The position numbers and the translations under genes were made by a program. A DNA stretch of 64,000 bases, taken from Chrysemys picta bellii (lineage: Eukaryota). Positions 25,536 through 37,791 of this stretch are shown piece after piece (position 1 is the stretch's first letter; each line of letters begins with the position of its first letter). The stretch spans positions 13,702,001-13,766,000 of the forward strand of contig NC_088797.1 in NCBI RefSeq assembly GCF_011386835.1, given 5' to 3'. Under the pieces are notes generated by a model. The model saw only the letters and a list, made by a program, of their open reading frames with translations, made no database searches and was not told the DNA's origin.

Positions 25536-27869
25536 CTATCATAAGCTGTTAAAAAATACATGACGAGGAAAGGTAGAGAGTTATTACTACTTTGCATATT
25601 TACTTAAAGATAGCCTAGAAAAAAGTAATATCGCTCACCCAAGGTGACTTCGGACTTAATCTTTAGACAGTGTAAGTGCTACAGTAATTGCTTAGAACTT
25701 CATCGGTATTAGAACAATATATTAGAAGATGTGTAGAGTTGGTCATTAGCTGCTCTTATGCACCTTCTAATGAGGAAAATTAAACGGAGAGGGAAGGAGG
25801 GCATTTTTCAGGCTTTGTAAGATCTTGTCAGCTTAGTTCTTCTTCATTGTGTCATGGTAATTATCAAGAGTAGATATTAACTGGAAAAAATGTTGCAGAG
25901 TAAAACTGGATGTTAACAGATCAAAAGATTGGCTGTGTTAGGTAAAGAAATTATAATGATAAGTGACAGTGACCTAATTCCTGGAACAATTTTCCAGTAT
26001 AAAATAATCGACTAATTTGTAATTATCTGATTAACTCACCAAGAACAAAATCAATCATGTCAAAACCATCAAATAATGTATCAACTCGCTACAAGTTTTG
26101 CCACAGTGCCTTGAGTGGTGTGGAACCTCCTCTGTTGCTTTCCGTGAATTCTCCTTTTGAATTCAGTGCTGAAGATTAAGATGCAGATTCGGAGGGCAAC
26201 AGCTCAATTGTTTGATATTAGAACTAAATGGGAAAGGGGCAAGGAAAAATGTACCGTCATGGAAAAAAAAACATTTCTAAGCTTTGAAAGAGAAAGATTA
26301 AGGACTTGTTTGGTGAAGGGTATCCATGTACTGTGGGTGCAGTTTGGAGCTAAAAGAAGAATACACAATTGGAAAGGCAGGTGAACCAGCATTGGTAGTA
26401 AACACAGGAGGTGCAGCTGGTCATGTTACAAATGCAAGGATAAGGGTAATAGGACTCAGAGCCCTGAGGGGAAGATGAGAAGGAGGCAAGAATGGGACTG
26501 AAATTCTTCCTACTGGGTCAAGAAGCTCCGTGGTTCCCTCACTGTTGTTCTGCACCACCAGAAGATAAACACACACAACAATCAGAGCATAATGTAAGAA
26601 AGAGCTAGTAGTTGTCATGTTTGAAGTAGGGCTCTGCAGAAATCTTGAACTAATTAGAAACTTCTTTCCCTGTAGAAATACAGCCTTTAAAGGACTAACC
26701 CCCCACCCCCAAAAACTGGATTTCACTTGAGTCCGAATATTACTGTTATTGCTATAATACTGTAATTAGACATACTGTAAGCCATTTAGAAATAGAAAGC
26801 CAGACAGATTCGAGTGCACTTCACCATAAATATCTAAGAGCAGTGGCTAAATCACTAAACGTTAGATGCATTGTATCTGTCGGCAACTGCAGAGACAAAA
26901 ATAAAACCTGTAAATACAGCACGGAAACAACAAATCATTGTACAATTAAGTATATTGAGCAGACTGTAAAGCTTGTGGGTTCATATTCTTCTACTCAAGG
27001 AAAAAGTATGTTGTTTCATCGTGCTGAATACAGTGAACAATGGACTGTGCTAGACAGATTGTTCAGGAAACAACATGCTAATGACCATAACGCACCTTTA
27101 AGAAGGGGAGGGGGGAATTTGATTAGCTGGCCAAATAAAGGGAACAGTGGTTTATAGCTGGGTGGGGGGAAAGAAAGGAAAACTGCTGCAAAAGGGGAGA
27201 AGGGGCCAGCGATGTGACGTTGACTCAGCCCCTGAGAACCGGATGGGTGGAAGGGTTTAAAAGGGACAGCTCTGTGCATGAAGCCTCCTTCTACATGGAG
27301 CAGGCTGAGGCAGCACCCGCCCTCCTTCCCCTTTAGGTGGTGAAATACCAGGTTTGGTCAAGACCTGCTGTGGACATTGCACTAGGTGCCCCTTTTTAGT
27401 GGGGCTGGGAAGGAATTTCTCCCTTACCAAGAGATTATCATAGGTGGAGTTGGGTTTTTTTGCCTTCCCCACAGCGGGTTTCAGGAAGGGTTCTGTTCAT
27501 GCATGGCAGAAAGGGCGGTAGAGGCTGTATGTCGCAACTCATTATATAAGTATGTGGCAGATGCCCAGTGCAGGTACTCCATAGGAAAGGTATACAGTGA
27601 CTGGATAAATGGCTTGGAAAATGACTTAAAAAGGAGGTGTGCATTAAAGGAACGGAACCGGGAGGGAGGTGTCAAGGACTCCTATGATTGGTACAACAGG
27701 GAGCCAACCCCCCTTGCTGATAGCCCACCAACCTACGAGGCGGGGGGTTGATGGTAACATCTCAACAATGGATCGGCTGGGGGGCCCTGGATGGAAAGAT
27801 AGGGAGAGCTGGCGGAAGCCCCTTGGATAATTATGGAATGAACATAGGGTTATCTGCACTGTACACTTT

Positions 27870-29911
27870 TATCTGCAATAAGAACAGGTTCTTTAAATAC
27901 ATTAGCAGCAAGAAAGAAAGATGAAAGAAAGTGTTGGTCCTCTGTTTAACAGGGAGAGCTAATAAGTGATGAGATCAAAAAGGTGGAGGTGTTTAATCCT
28001 ATTTGCTTCAGTCTGCACTAAAAAGGTTAATTATCACCAAATACTCAACACAATTAATATTAACAACAAGGGAGAAGGAATGAAAGCCAAAATAGGGCAA
28101 GAACAGGTTAAAGACTATTTAGATTAATTAGATGTATTCAAGTTGGCAGGGCTTGATGAAGTTCATCCTAGGGTACTTAAGGAACTAGCTGAAGCAATTA
28201 TATTTGAGAACTCATAGAGGACGGGTGAAGTCCCAGAGGACTAGAAAAGGGTGAACCTAGTATCTATCTTTGAAGAGGGAAACAAAGAGTACCCAGGGCA
28301 TTATAGACCACTCAGCCTAACTTGGATATCTGGAAAGATACTGGAACAAATGATTTAAAAAATCAATTTGTAAACACCCAGAGGATAATAGGATTATAAG
28401 GAATATCCAACATAAATTTGTCAAGAACAAATCATGCCAAACCAACCTAATTTCCTTCTTTGACATGGTTTACTGGATGTGGGAATGTAATAGAGGTAAT
28501 ATATCTTGATTTTAGTAAGGATTTTGGCACGGTCCCCCATGATATTGTCATAAGCAAACTAGGGAAATGTGGTCTAGATAAAATTACAATAAAGTGGGTA
28601 TACAACTGGTTGAAAGATCATACTCAAAGAGCAGTTATCAATGGTTTGCTGTCCAACTGGGAGGGCATATCTAATGGGGTCCCGCAGGGGTGAGTCCTGA
28701 GTCCGGTACTATTCAATATTTTCATTAATGACTTGGCTAATGGAATGGAGAGAATGCTTATAAAATTTGTTGATGACACCAATCTGGAAGCACTTGTGTA
28801 GGACAGGATTAGAATTCAAAATAACCTTGGAAAATTGGAAAATTGGTCTGAATTCAACAAGATGAAATTCAGTAAAGACAAGTGTAAAGTACTTCACTTA
28901 GGCTGGTCTACACTGGGGCTGGGGTGGGAGAGATTGATCTAAGTTACGTAACTTCAGCTATGTGAATAACTTAGCTGAAGTCGACGTACTTAGATCGACT
29001 TACTGTGGTGTCTTCACCGTGGTGAGTTGACTGCTGCCACTCCCCCGTCGACTCTGCCTGCCCCTCTCGCCAAACTGAAGTACAGGAGTCGATGGGAGAG
29101 TGCTCGGGGTAGACGGGATAAATCGACCCCTGCTGGATCGATCGCTGCCCACCGATCCAGCGGGTAGTGAAGACATACCCTTAGGAAGGAAAAATCAAAT
29201 GCACAACTACAAAATATAGCATCACTGGCTAGGTTGGTAGTAATGATTAAAAGTATCTGGGGGTTATAGTGGATCACAAATTGAATATGAGCCAAAAATA
29301 TGATGCCTCTGCAAAAAAGACTAATATCACTCTGGGGTGTATTAACAGGACTGTTGTATTTAAGACACCGGAGGTAATTGTCCTACACTACTTGGCACTG
29401 TTGAGACCCCAACTGGAGTATTGTGTTCAAGTCTGGACACCATACTTTAGGAAAGATGTGGTCAAATTGGAAAGAGTCCAGAGGATAGCAACAAAAATGA
29501 TAAAGGGTTTAGAAAAACATGACCCATGAGGAAAGGTTAAAAAAACTGGGCATTTTTAGTCTTGCGAAAAGAAGATTGAGGTGGGGACCTGATAAGTCTT
29601 CCAATATGTTAAGGACTGCTATAAAAAGAACAGTGATCAAATGTTCTGCATGTTCACTGAAAGCAGGAGAAGAAGTGACAGGCTTAATCTGCAGTAAGGC
29701 AGATTTAGTTTAGATATTAGGAAAAACCTTTCCAATAATATGATAGTTAAGCACATGAATAGGCTTCCAAGGGAGGTTGTGGAATCCTCATCATTGGAGG
29801 TTTTTAAAAATAGATTGGACAAACACCTGTGGTCTAGGTCTCAGCACAGAGGATGGATCTTGATGACCTCTTGAGATTCCTTCTAACCCTCATTTCTATG
29901 ATTGTGTGATT
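27870..29911 (+). mobile_element. 5'-truncated CR1 LINE (RT, 3' UTR, tail), degenerate
   Basis: RT motifs IYLDFSKDFGTVPH, GVPQG and KFVDDT; 3' end TTCTATGATTGTGTGATT; frameshifts and stops. Confidence 0.95.
28901..29180. mobile_element. PIF/Harbinger-type MITE nested in CR1
   Basis: TTA|GGCTGGTCTACAC ... GTGAAGACATACCC|TTA; removing it restores CR1 ...CACTTAGGAAGGAAAAATCAAATGCAC. Confidence 0.88.
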
Positions 29912-30998
29912 AAGAAAGAACTGTATTAAATGGCTAAAATGTCCAAAGTGCTATGAGAGAAGTGAAACATTTCTGAGATTGCTTTGAAATTGTTGCAGCA
30001 GTCTGTGACCAGCCATTATTCATTTAGGAATTAAATGATGCAACAGTAGACAACCTCATTATTCAAAATAGAAACAAAGATACTACTACTATGCACTCTA
30101 AGGAAGTCTTCTTACCAACTCTTGTATTTTCAAGTACTTCTAAATTTTGTAATACAATATTGTGAGATAGAAAATGTCTGTCTTCCTTCCTCATTTTCAC
30201 TCTCTGAAAGTTCTGTGAAAGCAGCTTAACTTTACCATCTATGTTGCTTCAGTATAAGGTACTCTTGCAATGAATCTGATTCACTTTTTAGGAAAGCTTC
30301 CCTTCACAGACTCTCTTATAGGTTTGAGGTCTAAATCAAAATTACTTTAAATTCAAAGATATCTAATCTGTAGTTTGCAGACCTTTTAAAGCTATGTTTG
30401 ATGCAAAATGGTTTTTCTAGTTGGTATTTAATAGAGCTGAGTTAATAATTCATAATTTCATAATGTATTTTATTAATTTTGCCTCTTTTTCCTGGAATGT
30501 CCTCAAAGGATCTAACAATTATCTCTAATGTATTTGTTGTCTGAATTTATTCAATGAGATTTTTCTTTTGTGAATATCATGTGCGGTTTGGCTTGCTTTT
30601 TCAGCTGTATTGCTTTGTTTTAATTGTGTTTCTATTCCCTGATTGGGTGAGCCTAACTACAGCAATAAGATTTCTCTTGTGAAGGCGTGAAGGAACTGAA
30701 TTTAAAATTTGCTTCTGATGAGTATTTTAAGTGTGTAAGTTTAGCATGCACTTTCTGTGAGCATTCTTGCTAGTAATATCAATTGCACACAACATGTATG
30801 GAAAAGAGTGCGGACACTGCTGAGGTGAGTTTTGTTTAAACATTCAAATCAATATTGCAGTACATACAAATACACTATTGGCACATCTGTATTATTTAAA
30901 TGAAACCAAGACAAGGGAAGCCCAGAAACACTCAAAATATTAAGAAAAGAAGATCTTGCTCTACATGCTGGTCATGGAGCTCTTTGACTTTCTGAACT

Positions 30999-31108
30999 GG
31001 TCTGTCAGCATTACACTATCATAAGCTGTTAAAAAATACATGACGAGGAAAGGTAGAGAGTTATTACTACTTTGCATATTTACTTAAAGATAGCCTAGAA
31101 AAAAGTAA
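30999..31108 (+). repeat. Perfect 110-bp dispersed duplication of 25519-25628
   Basis: Base-by-base identity; flanks unrelated; no TSD seen. Confidence 0.93.
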
Positions 31109-31979
31109 AGTGCCTTTGATATATTTTCTTCCTGCCAACAGAGGAGATTTATATCAGTTAAACATATTTTTTTAAAAGCTAGGAACTAACATGATGCTTA
31201 CTGTATACCTAAGCAGCCCCATAGCCTTGGGGGTTTTGTTTGTTTGTTTGTTTTTTCCTTCTTCCATCTGTTGCCCTTCCCTCTTCGCTCCATTGCTCTC
31301 TTTGTCTTATCATGCTTGGATTGTAAACTGTTGGAGCAGGAAGCAGGTCTTTGCTTGCTGTTTAAAGTGCTAGACTTGTCTACTGTGCTATATTCAAATG
31401 TTAAAAGAATAATCATATTTAATACGTAATCTGTGTCCTATCACAAGTTTGGAGGAGTGTACGATACTGAGAACTTTCCAACTGTTCTTGTGTTTGCATC
31501 AGAAAGCAAGCACATTTACCTCACTATCTCAAATATTTTTCCGGTGGGAGAGTTCCCAAAGTGCTCAAAGTAAAACAAAATCTCTGTAATATTGTTTTTG
31601 TTCTTATCTGTTTTGTGGAACCTTTTTTCTTAAACTAGTTACAAAAAAAACCCAACAATTTTTTGCACACGTTTTCAACTTTCATTGTGACCTGAAATCA
31701 AGTTTGGTGATTCCTAGGCCACCTACCAGCAACCGATGCTTTCTTTACCCTCTGCCATCATCATTCTTCTTCCTGATGGCCATGTTCCCTTGTGCCAGTT
31801 AACACTCTCTCAGCACAATGCTAACTTTTCCTCTGCCACCTCTCTCACTTTGAGGGCACATTCACGTATGATAGTTCTTTTGAACTGATTAATCATGTCT
31901 TTTAATTCACAAAGCCCTTACGGAATTTTAGAAATGAGTTAGAACAATCACTTATTCTGATATGTATTTACAAAGTAAA

Positions 31980-32291
31980 TGGGAGTGGATGGGTCACTAC
32001 AAAAACTAATTTTCCCATACTAATTTCCCCCTACTGTTACTCACACCTTTGACATCTTGTCAATTGTTTTTAAATGGACCACCCTGTTTACATTGGCCTC
32101 CTTACCACTACAAAAGTGATTTCCCCCCCCCCCCTTGGTATTCTACTGTTGAGAATAGCCACTTCCATTTTAATTGATTTGTCTTGTTAGCACTGACCCC
32201 CCACTTGGTAAGGCAACTCACATCTTTTCATGTACTGTGTATATATACCTGCCTACCATTTTTTTCTACCCCGTGCATCTGATGAAGTGAG
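31980..32291 (+). mobile_element. Penelope 3' region fragment ending inside the hammerhead motif
   Basis: Similar to 55845-56060 and to the reverse complement of 36590-36730; ends GCATCTGATGAAGTGAG. Confidence 0.75.
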
Positions 32292-33310
32292 TTAAATACA
32301 AATCACTTACTCACCAAGTACCTTTTTCCACAAACCAGAGGTTAAGACTAGCCGTGCTGCATGCACACGGACAATGGTAGTAGTTGCAGAACACTCAAAC
32401 ATTGATCACCACCAGCTGACATAGAAAAGCTACTGCCATCTCTGTCAATACCAAGTTTACCAAACCGGTTGATATCTTGATGTTATCAGATTCATCACAA
32501 CTGCAACATCACACACCATCTCTGTTGCTAAGTAATAGCTATATTTACACATAAATGCTAAACATACAGGGAGAGGGGCAGAGAAAGTGACCTCAATTTC
32601 CTTGTACTTTAAAGGGAAAATCTGGTTCCAGGCACCTAAGCCAAGCAGTTGGACTGGGCTCTGAAGAATTCTGTAGGAGTAACTTGGAAGGATCCTCTCT
32701 GAATTTATGATGGATGTAGTAGTGGAGCTTCTCTGAGTGTTATGAGGGTTAGAGGAGCCACCATAGCTTCTGTGACATCACCTCCATGTAAGGATCTGCA
32801 TAGTGTCAGAGCCACCTGCCCAACTCCACTCCAAAGCCCATCTGAATATGGACATGCAGAAATCACCTGTGGAGCTCGGATCTGTGCTGCACAGAGGTGG
32901 GCTCTTGAATTCCTACTTGTCTCAGTGAAGCAGAACTTCAGTGGTCCCACTGCCCTTTCCTACATGCTGAAGAGGAACAGAATTCGGAGCCAGGGATAGT
33001 ACATGGATGATCTGAGGCAGAGGTGAAAGCAAGCCATAATATTAGAATATCTGTAGAAGTTTAGAATTCACATCCAAAATTCATAGCTAGTATAAAATAC
33101 TGCTGGACTTCATGTCCTCATGGAGACCACCAAAATTCATAGTGATCTTACTTACAAAACTAAACATTCTGAAAGGGTTTGGAAATATATGTCATAGTCT
33201 CAAAATCTGAGTGGGTATGAAATGTATCAGACTGGGTTTTTTGATATGATGTACTCATTTTCCCTATTCATTTTTTCCCTTTACTGGAATTCCTGAAGTC
33301 CCAGTATGCT

Positions 33311-33612
33311 CAGCGGCGGCTCCAGGCACCAGCACTCCAAGCGCGTGCCTGGGGCGGCAAGCCGCCGGGGGCTCCCTGCCGGTCCCTGCGAGGGTGGCAG
33401 TCAGGCAGCCTTCAGCGGCATGCCTGCCGGAGGTCCGTCTGTCCTGTGGATTCGGAGGCAATTCGGCGGCAGGTACGCCGAAGCCACAGGACCGGTGGAT
33501 CTCCCACAGGCATGCCACCGAATCCGCGGGACTGGGGACCTCCCGCAGGCAAGCCGCCGAAGGCAGCCTGCCTGCCGTGCTTGGGGCGGCAAAAAAGCTA
33601 GAGCCGCCCCTG
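33311..33612. mobile_element. hAT-type MITE, CAGGGCCGGCTC-TIR family variant
   Basis: TIRs CAGCGGCGGCTC / GAGCCGCCCCTG; perfect 8-bp TSD AGTATGCT at 33303-33310 and 33613-33620. Confidence 0.93.
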
Positions 33613-35109
33613 AGTATGCTCTGACTGAAATCAAACTACACAGACATGTTGTTCTGGGAATAGATAGCTCTTACCCAATTGATGAAAATCTAGCCATACA
33701 AGTTGATAATAAGCGAAGTCCTCCCCGGTGGCAGGTGCACTGAAATGTGCAGGGTTCTAACAAATAGTTTAATGCCATAATATATACTGTTGTATGCATA
33801 TATTTGTTAAATTAAAAGTTCAGCTCATAGGCAGTGGAGTTACAGCAAGGCTGAATTTGGCCCAAGGATTGAGTGCATGCTTTTCATTATGTGGAAGTTA
33901 TTTCTTTTAAAAGAAATGGATTAATGAAATAGAATGAAAAAACTATACATGGACTTAAAATTTCATGGCTTCATTAAGTGTAAAGATATTAATTGGCCAT
34001 TATCTTTTCTACACCTCTTATGAGCTGTATATAGTGGTCATTTGGAGTGGACATGCTAGTGAAATTTGCATGCAATTTGCAAATTAATTTTTAAAGAATT
34101 AATTTTCTCTGCTAAGACAACACCCATAAATATTAGTGATTTCTTTTATGGTGGTCAGGGACAAAAGGATGTTTAATGACTTTCTTGTGATAATGAAGAT
34201 CTTTACATTATTTTGCATAGTCAAAGGTATTTCTTGACTGGTCTTTTTCATTAGTACCTTTTATACATTAATGCAAATGAAACAGTGGCTATTAGACTAA
34301 ATTGCTGGGTGAAGGATTATAACTTACTGTTTTGCTATATTAAATTTCCCCAACATACTGCCAATTGCCAGTGAATTTTATCAAATTGGACCTGGTTAGT
34401 ATTTTGAGGTTGCTTTTGGTTTTTATTCTTAGCCATATTTGATTTGAATAACCTTTTTTTAGAGTAACACACTTTCTTGCAGCTAAAGCAACTAAGAGGT
34501 GTCAGCACTAGATTTTCCCTTTAAGTATCAAATCTGATAAATGGATATCCCATGGTTAGGAAAATTACATACACTTAATACCTGAGGCAAGTGAGTTGCA
34601 ATCTCAGCAAAAGCTTAAATGATAACCCTGCTCCTTGTAGATGCAAAAGGGAGCATTAACACTTTCCTAGCAGCATTCATGGGAAGGAATTATCGTCATC
34701 TCCTTCATATATTCATGGGGAATATACCAAAAAAAAAAAAAAACCCCAACAACCATGGCTGGTGACTTTTAACAGAATGTTACATTATTTATTTAAAATA
34801 TATATTATTTTATCTTTAACCTTATTAATCCCTGCACATATGCATAGAGAATTTGAAAATTGGAAATACTCAAGTTTTAGAGATTTTTTTATTATATTAA
34901 TTAGTTGTATACCTTACCCCCACACTGACATAATCTTACACTAGTTGTATTAATACTGGCTTCAGAATGCCATATCCAGGACAGCTCACATCTTTCAAAG
35001 TAATGGCTATGGCATTTCCACTGACACCTTTATTTGAACTGCTGTGTAAAGGTCTTACACAATAGTAAGGTTGTGTTATGCCTGAAGCTCTACATGCCCA
35101 GGATGGGAA

Positions 35110-35630
35110 CATGTAAGATCTCATCAGCAAAGCATGTTCAGTAGTTGGATGGGAGATCTCTGTGGAACTCTTGAGATTCTGTATGAATTGCCGTTGGTGA
35201 TTCTGCTGCTAGTCTTTTCTCTGAGTCAGAGAAAATGTCTGCCAAAAATGTCTGATCTGGTGTTGGGGTGCCACAGTGCGGTTAGAGCTATCCTCTTTCA
35301 AATGAGGCATAAAAGTGAGTTTATAATCACCTGTGGTCATTAAAGTTCTTGTGACACTTTTAGTATTAGTAAGTATGGTTGTGATCCTGCAAAGACTAGC
35401 ACATGTTCTTACCTGTACCTGCTACAACTAATTACATTTACCTCAGTCACAGTACATAAAGTTAAACATGTGTTATCCATTGCAGGATTGGGGCCCAAGC
35501 TAACCTCAATCTCCTAGGCAAAATTCAGTTTCAGTAACTACATGGTACTTACTAAATTCCCTCTGTGATTCAGATACGATAGTGTTCACTTATCGTTCTA
35601 AATCCTTGAGTAATGCTTCTGTGTGCTCTT
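35110..35630 (+). mobile_element. AmnSINE1-like SINE (5S rRNA-derived head plus Deu domain), with a small MITE at about 35385-35495
   Basis: 5S box A/C-like GATCTCATCAGCAAAGC...AGTAGTTGGATGGGAGA; Deu-like CTTTCAAATGAG...TGTGGTCATTAAAG; 3' part similar to 7890-8064. Confidence 0.65.
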
Positions 35631-36562
35631 AAAACTGTCAAATACCAACCCAGAGCTTTCCACATTTTAATGGTGAGTGGGAGTCCTTTGTAGTTTGTAA
35701 AGACTTTACTATCCTATGCCCTGAGACTCTAAATAAATGTTGTTTTAATTAAGAGCTTGATCATAAACGGGGTAAAAAAAACTCTCATTTTAAGTGGCAA
35801 CCTACAGTAGAAGACAATAAAAAGTCAACATCTGTCAGCAGTCTTCGTAGATATTTTTTCTAATCTAAGCATAGGGGAAACTGTTGTATCTTCTAAACAC
35901 TATTTGGTAAACACTGGAAAATACAGTGTCTGCAATTAAACTGGCAGTGTTAATAAATATTTTGTGTATTTTAATCATTTTTTGTGCGATGAAGTCTCGT
36001 GTTCTGTAAAGTAGCCGCATACAATTAGAAAAGCAACATTCAGGCACATAATTTACATACGACTAGGATGAGGATCTGTGCAAAGGGCTATTCACAAATA
36101 TGCAAAGGAATGACAATTGAAAACTGAATTCATTTAGGATATAACATCCAAAGAAGAACAGACACATTTTTAAGGAAGAATGAACAGAGACTGGGTGAAG
36201 AGCAAGTTGTTTCCTATCCACACTAAAGTCTTTGTCAGAAGAATAAACTAATGTTAAGGTATTTCCTGTTCAGTGCACACCTCAAGAATGTAGATATCTC
36301 TCCCAAATCATAGGAATTACTGTAGTGGAACATGCTACTATCATCTTTTTCAATATTTAGCATTTCAGTTGGCTGTCTAAACTTCTTTTCTCCTATTACA
36401 GGCAACACCCTCACCACTCTGAGAGGCAGAGATATATATTCATAATATAGAGTCAGCTCTGTACTGAGTGGTGATAAGTATCAGGGGGTAGCCGTGTCAG
36501 TCTGTATCTACAAAAACAACAAGGAGTCTGGTGGCACCTTAAAGACTAACAGATTTATTTGG

Positions 36563-36603
36563 GCATAAGCTTTCATGGGCAAAAACCTCACTTCTTCAGA
36601 TGC
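36563..36603 (-). ncRNA. Minimal hammerhead ribozyme motif, sense to the Penelope ORF
   Basis: Minus strand GCAT-CTGAAGA-A-GTGAG gtttttg CCCAT-GAAA-GCT-T-ATGC; canonical core, helix II with one mismatch. Confidence 0.75.
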
Positions 36604-36702
36604 ATAGCGTGAAAGTTACAGATGCAGGCATTATATACTGACACATGGAGAGCAGGGAGTTACTTCACAAGTGGAGAACCAGTGTTGACAGAGCCAATTC
36701 AA

Positions 36703-37275
36703 TCAGGGTGGATGTAGTCCACTCCCAATAATAGATGAGGAGGTGTCAATTCCAGGAGAGGAAAAACTGCTTCTGTAATGAGCCAGCCAGTCCCTATTCA
36801 AGCCCAGATTAATGGTGTTAAATTTGCAAATGAATTTTAGTTCTGCTGTTTCTCTCTGAAGTCTGTTTCTGAAGTTTTTTTGTTCAAAGATAGTGACTTT
36901 TAAATCTGTAATAGAATGACCAGGGAGATTGAAGTGTTCACTTACTGGCTTATGTATGTTACCATTCCTGATGTCCGATTTGTGTCCATTTATTCTTTTG
37001 CAGAGGGACTGCCCGGTCAAAAAAGCCAGGCGCCGCCCCCCGCCCCCCAGAGCACCGGGGGGAGGGTGGCGAGCCCAGCCAGGGCTCCGCTCTCCCCGGT
37101 GGCCAGAGCACGGGGGGAGGGCGGTGAGCCCAGTCACGGCCGCGCTCTCGGACGGAGCACCATGCCACCCCCTTCCAGGTGCCGCCCCAAACACATGCTT
37201 GGTGGGCTGGTGCCTGGAGCTGGCCCTGTGTCCGGTTTGGCCAATGTACATGGCAGAGGGGCATTGCTGGCACAT
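36703..37275 (-). pseudogene. Penelope GIY-YIG endonuclease domain carrying an in-frame MITE insert
   Basis: CQQCPSAMYIGQTG-[insert]-QSLCKRINGHKSDIRNG...HFNLPGH...RETAE...LGLNRD. Confidence 0.9.
37018..37228. mobile_element. hAT MITE (CAGGGCC family) with one TIR missing
   Basis: Right end GGTGCCTGGAGCTGGCCCTG; 8-bp TSD TGCCCGGT / TGTCCGGT at 37010-37017 and 37229-37236; left terminal segment absent. Confidence 0.85.
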
Positions 37276-37791
37276 GATGGCATATATAACATTAGTGGAT
37301 GTGCAGGTGAATGAGCCCTTGATGGGTGTGGCTGATGTGGTTGGGTCCTCTGATGGTGTTGCCAGAGAAGATATGGGGACAGAGTAGGCAATGAGGTTTG
37401 CTACAGGGATTGGTTCCTGGGTTGGTGTTTCTGTGGTGTGGTGTGTAGTTGCTGGTGAGTATTTGCTTCAGGTTGGGGGGTTGTCTGTAAGCGAGGACTG
37501 GCCTACCTCCCAAGGTCTGTGAGAGTGAGGGATCATTTTCCAGGATAGGTTGTAGATCGTGGATAATGCGCTGGAGAGGTTTTAGCTGGGGGCTGTATGT
37601 GATGGCCAGTGGTGTTCTGTTATTGTCCTTGTTGGGCCTGTCCTGTAGTAGGTGATTTCTGGGTACCCGTCTTGCTCTGTCAATCTGTTTCCGCACTTCC
37701 CCAGGTGGGTATTGTAGTTTTACGAATGCTTGATAAAGATCTTGTAGGTGTTTGTCTCTGTCTGAGGGGTTGGAGCAAATTCAGTTGTATC

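Noticed and set aside
35117-35165. 5S rRNA gene
   Set aside because: Partial, degenerate and fused to a SINE body.
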